Translations under genes and position numbers: made by a program
Shown: positions 12,125 through 24,855 of the stretch, one piece after another
Layout: the number at the start of each line of letters is the position of its first letter
Position numbering within the stretch: the stretch's first letter is position 1
Notes under the pieces: generated by a model
What the model was told of the DNA's origin: nothing
Database searches by the model: none
What the model saw: only the letters and a program-made list of their open reading frames with translations
Origin: Priapulus caudatus
Taxonomy: Eukaryota
Assembly: GCF_000485595.1 (NCBI RefSeq)
Contig: NW_014577076.1
Location: 417,430 to 469,763 of the forward strand
DNA length: 52,334 nt
Direction: 5' to 3'

Positions 12125-15100
12125 GTGGTGTTATTAGTCACTTATATGCTACTGCAGTGCTTTTGTACTTTAGTTTACCTGCAATTTTTGTTTTGTTTAC
12201 TGCAGGTTTGATATGAATATTACTCAATGATAAGATAGAGGAATTTTGTATGTGCAGATATGTATGACCCTGTGTGTGTAAATGGTCATGAGTTTGTGTG
12301 TGTGAATGTGTGAATGTGTGGATGGCATGCGTGTGTAGTGTTACTTATTAATATATTTATATGACATAACAAAAAAGATTTGGTATAATGCCATGTGAAT
12401 TTTGAGCTGAAATAACAGGTGATGAGTGCTATGAAATTAGTAAAATAAATCGATCAAGCTTTATGGCCATAGCAGCAGTGGTTCTGGAGATGGCCACTTG
12501 CATGGTACTTTTATTGCTGTGATATATAATACATAGGCATTGATACGATGCAAACTAGTATGGTTTGGCTTTACTATTTTCTTTCTTACACTGCGAAAAC
12601 GTCTGTATGTTATGGCCAATTATGAGGACCAGGGTAAGATGAAACCCACTCTCAATAGTTAACCCTGACATTGTGTTAATGTGAGATGTTTAATCACAGA
12701 AAGTAGCACATGTGAAACTAATGCCATCAGGCACCCGTTTAGTCGCAGGCACACGTATTGTCGTGGAAACGTGGTTCTGAGGAGCCACCAGTTGCTCTCA
12801 TTTGCTTCATGTTGATTGGATGGAATATAGCGGCCACACCCGTACTCGGAGGCATCCCAAGCTAGTGACTGGGCTTCAGTTACATCTCACCGTCTATTTT
12901 TTAAATCCCAGAATGAACAGAAGAATGTAAAAAGGTGAAAAGAAGAATGCAATCACGACCATTTATTAAAATCCAGATTCATACAGGTTGTAACGTTGAA
13001 CCAATAAAACACTAACGATAAGAATACTTTTGTCATAAAAGATAGGTATTTATTTCCAATCATTTTACCACCTGCTAATTCATTTTAGCAGAATTAGGTA
13101 ACAAATTTTACAGGACCTTACAAAATGCTATAGGAAAATCTTCATATTATGATGGGCTTTCTTTGCAAATAGCTATCTTTAATGTCACTAACAGGTTAGC
13201 AATGATCCAATCCAAGGACTCCACAAATTATTAATACAAAGCCCCTAACACCTCGATTTGGCCTCATTACATTGTCTGCAGATAGTTACCATGAGTGAAT
13301 TGAGAAAAATACAAATGTCAGATGCTCATTAATACTGAGTCGCCACACTCGACTTTAAATACATTATACAGTCATGTGTGGTATCTGACAGCGTGTTGAA
13401 ATTTCAATAGCTTAAAATCGCCACAAATCAATTGCACCATCAGTTTTGTAAACGAAATGCTTGTTGGATGTGACTCTCCTGCTAATATACAAGTGTATGT
13501 TATCTGTTGCACCTAATTGGCTGTAAAATAGTACATAACTGCTTACACGAGGCCACTACAAAGCAAAAGTCGTCAGTGCTGCAGATTTTGATACACTCTC
13601 CAGCTACGCCACATGTACTGTCATATCGCCACAGAACTCTGCAAACGCCGCTCGTGGAATGAAGCCTGAAATACACACATTCTCCGCAGCTGCACTCATA
13701 GCAATCAGAGGTACAACTAGCCACTACGTGTGCCTCAGAATATTGCAAGTTGTTAATTTCAACAAAAGCATTCTGCTTTGTGGTCATGCACTTACAAATT
13801 TTCCTACCTAGCCATAAAAATCACGTTCTCTCTCGCGTGCTCTGTCTCTCACGCACACACACTAAATACATAACTTCAATACTTACATTGTATAGCGTCG
13901 TGAGCTCATTATTATTATTTACAAAATATAACACTGCAAATCAGTCTGTTGCAGACCAGCATTTACCTATACATATATGTGATATAGAAGAACTACAACT
14001 CTATTACGCACGCACGCACGCATACACACGCATCCACTTATACCACACACGCGCATGCTTTCAAAATATGATGCATGTACCGGTGGCAGACCTATGCACA
14101 ATCGGACTCGTGCACACAACTCTGTCATCATTCACGGGTGCCACATTAGTGGTATATTGAAGACGAACACCGTGTTACGTGTTAAACTAGCTAAAGTTAA
14201 ATCAACGAGGTTGATGTTATTCGACTCTTAGATGCTCAAGATCTCGTCTATTCATGGTTACATTCTTCCCCACTGTGTTGTTAGCAGCGAATTGCTAGAA
14301 CAATGTTAAGGGATACTTGGAAGTAAAGCAGAGTCAGGCATGTCTACCTGGCAAACATACTTTAACACGTCTTTGGCGCTAATTACTTTTATGGACACTG
14401 GTTATAAAAGGTACTATCCTACCAGGCTATACAAGTGCAAGTGAACCCAAGTTTCACGTGTAAATTCTACGCACGTCATTTTTTGTTTACCAGTAACAAA
14501 AATGGCATACAAGGAAAATTGCAACATATTTGAGCCAATCAAACATACACAGAGTAACATAATACTGGTAAATTACAGCAGATTGAGTGCATCTATCATA
14601 TAAAGTCACAGTCTGATCAGCCAAAGGAAGAAAAGGGTACACCTTCATTGCCTGAAAATAAACATCATAAGTCATAAAAGTCCTAATTGACGAAATGACA
14701 TTTCGAGTAGGTCAAAGGATACGAGACATAGATCAGTAAAAATAGGAGTATAGCAATTTTCTGCCAAGCCGACATAAGACTTACAGAACATGGGAACTGA
14801 TTAGGTTTAAAGCACAAGTACAGGTAAACAATGAAAATGGTTTTCTAACGCCACTTCACAAACGTTATACGTACATAAAATAACTGTAAAAGATTTGACA
14901 TTGAAATTCTAGACTCCTTCCACGTCCTAAAGATCTCACGATAAAATATAACGTTTTATTACAAGTTTGTGTGGCGAGCAATTTAGAGTACGAGAGAGGA
15001 TATATCCGTGACTGCTACCCAAGTACCAATAGCCTAGTTTCCAAATATAATACAGACTGCAGGAGATAAAAAGAAAGGGAGATTAGCCCCAGTACACTAC

Positions 15101-17036
15101 TTCCACTTGTTCAAGACGGTTGATGATCCTGATTAGATTTTAACTTAGCATTACACAAAACAATTCTCATAGAGAAATTATAGTGTTATATGTTAATCGA
15201 ACAAAAATACACTATTATACTGTTATAAATAACTATTCTATAAAAAATCTTTTGAATGCCCGAATGAATTAATGAATTAATAATAAGAGCAGTAAAAGGT
15301 AGTTCAAATAATGTACGATAAAACATTTACATCCGGGTCAAACGTAAGAGATTTTAGAAAGGAAACTATGTATAATAGATATTTAATTTCCATAAAATAT
15401 TAGTTGTACTAATTGTTCAAATAAATATTACATGGCTTGCCCTGATGTGGAGAATATTTGTGGCCAAGCTAAATCCCCAACTGTAACGATCACAGTCTAT
15501 GCTAGTAACTTTATTGCCTACTCACTCAAACTAGCATGTTCTGTCACGTATAGGCTTCGCGAGAACATATCCTAGCAGCGAAACATGGTCTGTCCTCGCA
15601 TTATACAGCCACCAATGATTGCGTTTGCACAGGAGACATACAATGCGAATTAGTTCCAAGTTCAAAGGGGTGCAATAGTCGAGACGAGGGTGTTCAGCTT
15701 AACAAATGTCGTTTTACCTTTGAACACTGTACAGAACGCAACATTAATAGCTTATTCACCTCCGGTTGAAGTAAAGAAAGTTTATTCATTACTTTAAGTT
15801 GTGTTGGTCAGACGATTTATGATTGAGATTGCAATTTCTGCATTGAAATTATACTCAGGTTAGTGCACGTGTTTCTCACTATTTCTTTCCAAAAAAGGAC
15901 TCGATACATATAACTTGATCTACTTTTTCTAAAATAAAAGAATTTATAGCATTACTAAAACTGAGTCAATTGTTAGTTTCATTTTGCAGAAATTATTGTA
16001 TGCTGTGCTAATTTGTATAGTGAAACCTAGGTTAAGCAAGAACTAGGGGAGCAGATCAACAGAAAAAAAGAAGGGGAAGAAGAAGGAGAAGAAAAACCAA
16101 CCAGGCAATCCAAAGCGGAAACACATCAGTGTTTACAACGCCAACTACTACGACTAGCGACAACTCGCAATGCAAAGGCATAACAATGAGAGACTTCAGC
16201 ACACAGGCTACACTGTGGAAAGACATGTTCACTTGGTCTCCGCTCCTGCTGACTCGCGCTTGCGTGGTTGACAGCAGGCCCTTGGCCACTCGTCACCAGT
16301 AGTACTGTGCTGCTGTTTGCATGGGATGGGGTGCGGGTGATGACGACCTTAGATTGAATAACGTGCATGAGTTATACTTCTCTGCGCCAGCTCTACCAGG
16401 AGGCACCCTGGAGAAGTGAGAAAAACATGTCAGTCGTTGAAGAAGCAGCACTTTCCCTGATGCGTGAAGAGTGTGCCATCACTGGCAGAATGGATAGGGT
16501 GTGCTGAGTGTACGAGCGGGAAAATAGAATTAGAGGTCACACGCATTATTCAATCTATCGATGCCAACACACGCTAACTAATCGTCCTGCATCTTCGGTG
16601 ACCGTCCCATCATGTTCGCGAACAATATAAGGAGTATCTTAGACTAACATACTCTAGAGGATATCTATGCAGAACCGAAAAAAGTGTCGAACAAATATGG
16701 CGTAAAACGCAGGTGGACACAGAGCATGACTATCTCTTAAAAACGTATGTACATGATACAGTGTGTCTAACACTGAGCAGTGTCAGCAGCATCCCAAACA
16801 AAATTCTACTGGACGCTGCTGCCTACTGCAGACTAGCACCAAATGCAACCGCATGACAGCCACTTCTGCTCTGTTGCCCCCTACAATGCCAAGTACTAGA
16901 CAACTGGCACATATTCCAGTAAGGGTCCAGCATTGGAGCTGCATTTTTCCCCTGAATGGCCTTTCACTCCGAGACAAGGTCGTGATGGATGGCGCTACGT
17001 TCACACACAAACTAGCTCTGGATGCTTGAGCACATG

Positions 17037-17240
17037 CTATCGGCTCAGACTATGTGAGCGCTCGCGCCTGTAGGTTTTTGAACGGTCGGTGTCTAACCTA
17101 TGTTCCATCGGCAGTCGGTCGAAGAACGGATGCTTCAACGCATCTTTGAGTGTGATGCGGACTGACGGGTCGTAGTCGAGCATGTGCGAGATGAGGTCAA
17201 ACAGTTCCCGCGTCTCATCATCGTCACTGATGACGTACCT
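17037..17240 (-). CDS. CLK2: LAMMER kinase (CLK/Doa) terminal exon: RYVISDDDETRELFDLISHMLDYDPSVRITLKDALKHPFF...RSHSLSR*
   Basis: tttcAG acceptor, kinase subdomain XI, stop at 17037. Confidence 0.95.
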   Translation of the reverse strand, partial: RYVISDDDETRELFDLISHMLDYDPSVRITLKDALKHPFFDRLPMEHRLDTDRSKTYRRERSHSLSR

Positions 17241-17486
17241 CTGAAAGGAAGCAGACGCGCAATCAGGAGAGCCGTCACACACACCACGTGTATACCACAC
17301 CCCACCCCCATTTTTCTAGGTCCCTCATAGTTTCTCCCCGGTGCTTCAATAGCTCGCACCCATTGTCGTGTACAGTATTACATCGCCATCTCATTAGATG
17401 CATCACTAGTTGCTGCTTGACGCATCCAGACTTCACGCCCATCATCACTTCTTCCCACACTTCATGACTGCTTCTAATATAAGTAC

Positions 17487-17654
17487 CTTCAAGGGCTTGC
17501 AATTATCTTTGACGTAGCGACCAGCGGGGCTGCGCTCATCCCACTCCAGCCGGCCGTGGTAGAAGTACTTGGTCTTCGACCGCCGACAGAGTCGGTAAGG
17601 CAGTGGACCCAAGATGCGCTCCATCATCGCTAAATGCTCGCGGTTGTCGTGAGT
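17487..17654 (-). CDS. CLK2: CLK exon: [19 protein letters not shown]...DNCKPLK
   Basis: Diagnostic [11 protein letters not shown] motif; gtgcAG acceptor and GTactt donor, 168 nt. Confidence 0.97.
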
Positions 17655-18187
17655 CTGCACGAAAACCGCAAAAAGTACATGATTACACGTTATCAGCGTT
17701 TATTAGCGCCATGATTGCCGGCACACACGATGGGGCACAACTTTCTGCGTATCCCGGAAATTCCGTGCATCACGAAAAATGGTGTATGGTGCGATAGCAT
17801 AGAAACTTTAGGTAGATTTCTGTTTTCGCAATGTTGGGAATGTTGGCGAGGATATGATTATACGCTCTTAACAACCAGATATTTAGGCCTGGAAATTTTT
17901 TCTCACGCAATAACCTCTGTATACAATAGTAGTTTCAGACATTTTAGGCTACATTCTTACCCTTAATTGGGTAATGTGCTTTGATTACGAATGTCAGCTT
18001 TAATTCTATTCGACAACTGTTAGTGTTAATAGTTCATAAAGTCGGCTTACAACAAAACCTGGGTGTAGCTATTTCCGTAATATACTTGTTTGTTTGTAAA
18101 TCATGGTTTTAAAGTACTAGATTACTATTGATCTTGCACTCAAGCAGTAATCTATAATATTATTATCCACAAGGAATGAACACTTAC

Positions 18188-18270
18188 CTGGAACATGGTG
18201 ATACCTAGGTAAAGTTCAAATATAATACAACCAATGCTCCATATATCGCATGGTTGTGACCATCCTAGTT
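18188..18270 (-). CDS. CLK2: CLK exon: (E)[27 protein letters not shown]
   Basis: Subdomain IX; caacAG acceptor and GTaagt donor. Confidence 0.95.
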
Positions 18271-18428
18271 CTGTTGAAATAAAATAAAATAAAAATTAGA
18301 TATATACATATCTGCATATAATGTCACTGCTGCATATACATAATATAAATATTTATCTAATATCACAGACATGTACATATCAATATGCACATAATGTTAC
18401 AGATATATATAAATGTGCAGATATGTAC

Positions 18429-18558
18429 CTAATATCACCTCTGGCGCTCTGTAGTGTCTCGTTGATACTATGGTGCTATGATGCTCATGGTCAAATGTTG
18501 CTGAGCCAAAGTCAATCAGACGGATTTCTGTGTTTTGCACCCGCTTGAATTCTTTTTT
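18429..18558 (-). CDS. CLK2: CLK exon: [43 protein letters not shown]
   Basis: DFG and APE motifs with the CLK-type activation segment; AG/GT boundaries, 130 nt. Confidence 0.96.
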
Positions 18559-18756
18559 CTACGTAGGATAACAATGAAACAAGCATATAATAGAGGGATA
18601 AAATGCATGGGTTAATGCAAGGATGTGTATTACACAATATGGGGTGCATGCTTGTTACTGTAACAATATTTTTTTTAAAGTCGTTATATTATTCAAAAAG
18701 GAGTAAATGCTATCAGAATGTATCATCATGATCATATATTATGTGCATGCAATCGC

Positions 18757-18791
<35 letters not shown>

Positions 18792-19222
18792 AATAATAAT
18801 AATATAAATAATAAATATAGTAATGATAATAATTGTAATAAAAAATTCAACAATTTTGGAAATTGAAATAAATAGCAATATTAACACGAAACAAAACAAC
18901 AAAACATTGAGGAACTGCTACACAATAGCCTTTTCTACCAACCCTATGTTATAAAAAGTTCAATAACCCAATCACAATGCATATAAATATCTGGTACCTT
19001 ATCAAACAGAAAGTTAACCCAAAATACTGTACATGCAAAAAAACAAAGAAAGAAAGAAAGTACGAATATAATATGGTATGCGTGCATGTAACAAATCAAC
19101 TAAAGCCGTTACTTGTTTACGGCATCCAAGGTTCTGTGTTCACTCGCAGTAACTAAAAGCAGACGGGCAGCAACGCCCTTATTGTCACTCACCTGTTTAT
19201 GTCTGCTGCGAGAACTACTCAC

Positions 19223-19317
19223 CCGTTTGGGGATTTGTTCAATCATGTATTCGGAGGAAACAAATAGGATATTCTCTGGCTTCAGGTCCGTATGGGTAAG
19301 CTGGTTGCCATGCAGAA
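19223..19317 (-). CDS. CLK2: CLK exon: (F)[31 protein letters not shown]
   Basis: HTDLKPEN catalytic loop; ttacAG acceptor and GTgagt donor. Confidence 0.96.
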
Positions 19318-22015
19318 CTGTAAAACAGACAGAAACGGTCTCCTTTTAAAGATGATAAAATGAAAGAAATGCTATATTCAAGATAGCAATCACCTTAGAA
19401 AGTACACACTTTTTTATTTAACTGGGGCTATAAGTAACTATGGGCCTCGTCTGCTTCCCAGCTAGGCGTCACTGTACTGGATTCAGAATTTCTTCTTGGA
19501 TGAATCATATCAGCTATGCGGTGAAGGAATAGCAGTTTTAGAATAGTTATTTAAAAGATAAGATTCTGCTATCATAGCATGTTGGGTATATTAGTATAAA
19601 CTCCCAGAGCCCATATGTATTCCTGCTTTTGCATCTAGCCACAAATCACAGTACTAGTGACTAGGATTTACTATGCATAAAATGTTGGCTGCAGAGAAGC
19701 AGGCATGGCATGTATATAGTTCTAGAAGTACGAGTATCAAACATCAGTAGTCTGTAGATCAATCTAATTAGAATCATTCACTACTCAAAATGTACTGAAA
19801 ATTCTCAAATAATAACTAATAACGCAGCCCCAAAAGCGGAGACATGCTAATATAATCACAAGTTAATATGGATAACTTATTTTTATTGGATTTATTATTT
19901 TGTAATTAGGTTATATGCACTAAACTGCCCTTAAATTTTGGCACATTTTGAAAGGTTTATACTTCAGCTGCATATACAGGAGTGCTATTACAGTGGTGAG
20001 TACAGTATACAGTGTTGTATGCGTTAAAACGTTGCAGAAAAAAAACGCAGCAGTATAATGTAGGTTATTTGAGACTATTGTTTTGAGGTTGAACAGACCT
20101 TGCGTAAACCATATTTCCGGTGCAAAGCAGAACCTAGGTTATTTAAACAAACTGTTCTACAGTTCGGGTAGACACTGCCACTGTTGTTGCATAATTAGTT
20201 TTCAATCCTGCCTATAGGTAGCTCTAGGTGTAATAATCTCGCACCTGTTCCACAGGAATTTTTTCTCGGCATCTGGTCTAGTCAGTCTCTATAGACAAGT
20301 CTAGGTATGCGAGATCCTGTGCGATTGCAAAAGTAAATTCCCAATAACTGTACTGTATTGGTACACTGTATAATTTGTGACAGGTATCTAACTCTTACTA
20401 TAATTTGGCGAATGTTGTATGTATGTATGTATGTTAATGAAAGGCTCCGTCAGTTTTGATCCAAATAGCGCCAAATTCACAGAAGAGATCGATGAATACA
20501 CGGGACGGGTTCTAAACTATACTCGGTTGAAAACGGTAAAAAAGGCTTAAAAAAGACACACAAAAAAAGGTAAAGATTTGCCTGAAAATAGGGGGCGCTA
20601 TATCTTTGCCTTGCTAATATTTCGCTGCCTGTGAACGTTGTGCTGTAATATTTCGCCGTCTGTCAACGTTGTGCTGCATGTAAGCCCAATAATGATTTTT
20701 ATGATTTTTGTAAGCCCAATAATGTAATTAGAAATAAGCATGTAATAATGAAGTCAGATGTCAATGTCAAGGTCAACCTCTTCTCTTATCTCTCTGGGTA
20801 TTGAACAGTCGGTACCACATGCATCACAGTCACTAAGCCCGCGCTTAGCGCGGGTTCCAGCTAGTAGCAATAAAAAATGGAAAGAGAAGATAACTGTAAT
20901 AAAAACACTGTGTTGTTTCAGTCTTGGAATATATACAAATTGCACCAAGTTACCTGATCCGGTAATTAAAATAATTATTCTTTCACAAAATTCATCGTGT
21001 ATGTAGATGCCAACCTCAGAAATGAAAAAATTGCTGCAGCTATAATAATTTAATTTTTGGACAATTTTAGTTTAATAATAGTATCGATTTTAAATTCACC
21101 TGTTGATTTATATCATACATTACAATAATACATGATTTTTGGTTAAAAAAAAATTTAAAGAAAGTATTAATTTACCTGCGATGTTGATATTTTTAGATTG
21201 AAATTGACAGGATTTTGATATTTGAATTGAACATGGAATGATGATATGATATCAAAGTTAACACACAAATGACCAAGAAATGGGTGTAAAAATATGTGGT
21301 TTCTCTAATAAATAGTTATAACCGTCAAAAACAGGACGAATACGAGAAGAGCAAAAAATAAACCATCCTACTACTTTAACACATGTAATGAGACATAAAT
21401 ATTGAAATCAGAAACTGGCCCTGTATGAAAAGAAAATGCATGACCTTCAGCTTGCATATTCAACGACTTACTAGAAAATACTAAGCCGACAGATATTATA
21501 CATGAAGCCATGGTACATGCTATCTCCATATGGCGTGCGTATCCACTTAAATCCCGTTTAGAGTAGAAGTTCTCTCCCGTCTACATGACAAACATGTTAA
21601 CATGATAAGTAGGTTTGCCTGTTGCAGCTGCGCCACGCGTTTGTCAAACTTGTCAGAGAGGGATGGTTGATGAATATACGCGCTTAGGCGGATTGTTGCA
21701 CAATCTTATATTTCTTGAACGAGCTCGCGCGCGCACACAAACGAAGGAATGCACGCACACAGACAGACGCTGCACGATCTGCCATCCTCACTCGCATGTA
21801 AAATCCACAGCGTGCGTGATAGATCAGCTGGAGAGCTAAAGAATCAGAAGAATTCACTGGCGTGCGTGCGTGCGTGCCTGTGTTTGACATGCAGCACACA
21901 GCAGAGATCTCGTTATATATAATGCTCTATAGAAGAATATCGCAGTTAAGAAACGCACTTTCTTTCGTTCTTGCTTGCCTCCCTCTGAGTCTCTCCATTT
22001 TAGTCACTGACATAT

Positions 22016-22020
<5 letters not shown>

Positions 22021-22090
<70 letters not shown>

Positions 22091-22149
22091 GTCTCTGACG
22101 TCTGTCTCTGCTCTGTCTCTGCTCTCTGGTCTCTTGTCTCTGTCTTCTG

Positions 22150-22201
<52 letters not shown>

Positions 22202-22208
22202 CTCTCTC
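22021..22208. repeat. (CT)n microsatellites
   Basis: Two long CT runs (22021-22086 and ~22153-22208). Confidence 0.95.
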
Positions 22209-24779
22209 GATAAGATTCCCTTTCATGTGCTCATCCAGTTTCTCGATCTCCCTCAATTTTTCCTCCCTCTTTAGTTTTTCTTATCTCAGTTGAAACCATT
22301 AGCTGCCTTCGCTTCTCTATATCAGTGTCTATCAAAATTCGTTTTTTCGTACCAAAAAGGAACTATCGAGCATGTCGATTCCTTTGTGAAATCAAAAGTG
22401 GAAACAACACTGTCGCTCCATGTCAGAACTCCCATCCCATCCCTGTCCTCTTATTTTCCCTTCATGACCATATAAGGTGAAGCTGAACAATGGCCATTCT
22501 TCGTGCAAGCTGTTCTTAATTAACCGTTGTTTTCGGCCGTGATTTCTTGTCGCAACGCACGGACACCGATCACGTCTGCATGCATGTGGTCATTGCACAG
22601 CTTTTCAATGCATCAAATCACGTCATACAAAGAATAATTTATAGCGCACACAACAACTGGATTGTTTTATGCAATTATGGTTAGCCTTAATTAGAAGATA
22701 CGAGAACAACAAACACATTACTGCCCTCGCTTTGAGATGTACCGCGAAGTCGGGTCTAATAAACCGCCAAGGTGCGAAGTTCACTGAGACAGCTGCATCA
22801 ATTCCCTGCGCTAGGTGCGAGTGCGATATCGTCACAGCCAACAATAATTTCAACTTCATCTAAAATAAATGGACGCCCCTCGCTTCCAATCTAATATCAA
22901 TTAGGGTTCGCGTGCCAGCCATCAGTCACCATGCGCCCGTTCGTTCGCATTGACACGCTCGCTAGGGAACGATTAGAACACGTCCAGACGTACCATGAAA
23001 CACTGTCCTTTCATACAGCTTGCATGTGTTAATATATAACTCGATTTATTGTGCCAAAGTAGACAAAAAGACTATACTTCTTCCGACAATGAAATTGCAT
23101 TAGCATTGCATAGCATGGCATTAGCATTTAGTATGAGCATAAAATGGCATTGCATGACAAGAGCCTCTTTGTAACGGTGTCATAATGATACAATCTCACC
23201 ACCATCTGGTTTACCTATGTTAATGAGAATGTATGTTTAAAAAATGTAGATGGGTGAGAACGAGACCCAGATGCCCCCTCCCCCCACATCCCCGATGTGT
23301 TCACAGATAGGTGAATGTTAAATCGAATCTGAAATGCACAAACACCTAGACTTTCATAGACTGCATGAGGCCAGCAGTGTATACATTCCAGTCACTTCCA
23401 CACAACTTTACATACTGCAAATCGCATAATTAACGTTCACTGAATCCACCGATAAAGTTTCAAATTAAAACCTTTAGCAGAATATCTCAGTTCAGAAAGT
23501 GTTTCACACAAACTATTCATTATTATATTTTGATACAATTAAGTGCTGATCAGTTTTAGTTACACAACATCTACTGTCACTATATTGTTTACGGTATTTT
23601 TGATGGGTAATCTTAAAGTTATGCATCTTAAACTGATGCATTCTTAAAGTTATGCATCTTAAAGTTATGCATAAGAAAACAGTGTCAACCTTAATTAACT
23701 GTGCTGCAAAATGTTTGTTTGTTGTTGTTACTGCTGCTGCTGATTCGTCGTCTGTTGTTGTTGCTGTTAATATTTGGAATATTATTTTTTTATCTGGTTA
23801 CTCATTCCTGTCTTTCTCCAGTAACAATGTGTGTAAACGTTGAAACATGCAGATATTTTAGGCTCCTCCCATCAACCAGGTGTCAGCTCCACCATGAACT
23901 ACGGAAGTATTTCTTTGTCGAGTCATAGCTGACGTCTATAACCAGGTGATGCAAAATAGCATTTCATTTTAAATTGTCCACATAGCAAAGAAATAGTCAA
24001 GAGAAGTGATTAGCTGAGTGCTTTTATGCTTTGGATTCTCGTGGAACTCTTTGGAACTACTATCGTATCAGAGACCTGCGATAACAATAAATGCAGAAAC
24101 ACTGGAACAGAACAACATATTTGCAGTCGCAATTCGTGGGCGCATTTCCACGTATAAATATCTGCATATAACACGTGTGCACACGGTAGGCTCTAGTTAA
24201 TTTTTTATATGAGCTCATGCATCTCGTACACCACTGTGTGAAAAAGCCAACTCAATGGCAGCTATCACTGCGCAGTTCAAAATTCCTGTTAAATAGACTT
24301 TAAATTACAAACGCTAATGACAGCACACTGGATGAAGGATTACAGCATTACTGTCACCATCAATAATGAAGCATGACAGATGAGCTACTAAGTATAATCT
24401 CTACTGTATCATAATTACAGCAGGAATCACTACTTAAATGTCTAAAAGTATAAAAAATGGTGCGAATTACAGCAAGTGTTAATTATTACATTCGCCACCT
24501 ACACCTTGCAAGCTACACCTACACCTTGGCTTCATTTCGAATCAGCAGATGTGTTGCTTATCTTTGTATTTTACAATAGGCTTTATTGTTAAAAACTACA
24601 ATACATATTCTTTAAAATATAAAATACTTTGAATATGTGTACACCTTATAAGGCACACACATGCAGGCACTGCGCACACGCACCCACTCACACATGCCTG
24701 CACACACATATAGACACGCACAAACACACACACGCACGCACACACGCACGCACATACACGCACATTTGAGTAAACTTAC

Positions 24780-24855
24780 ATTTGACAGAGTGGCATAGCT
24801 GATAGGCTATGTGTCGTACTTGGTCCAGTGGATACGGCTGGTAACCATTGTCCTT
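24780..24855 (-). CDS. CLK2: CLK exon: [25 protein letters not shown]
   Basis: ttgcAG acceptor and GTaagt donor, 76 nt, phases match both neighbours. Confidence 0.94.
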
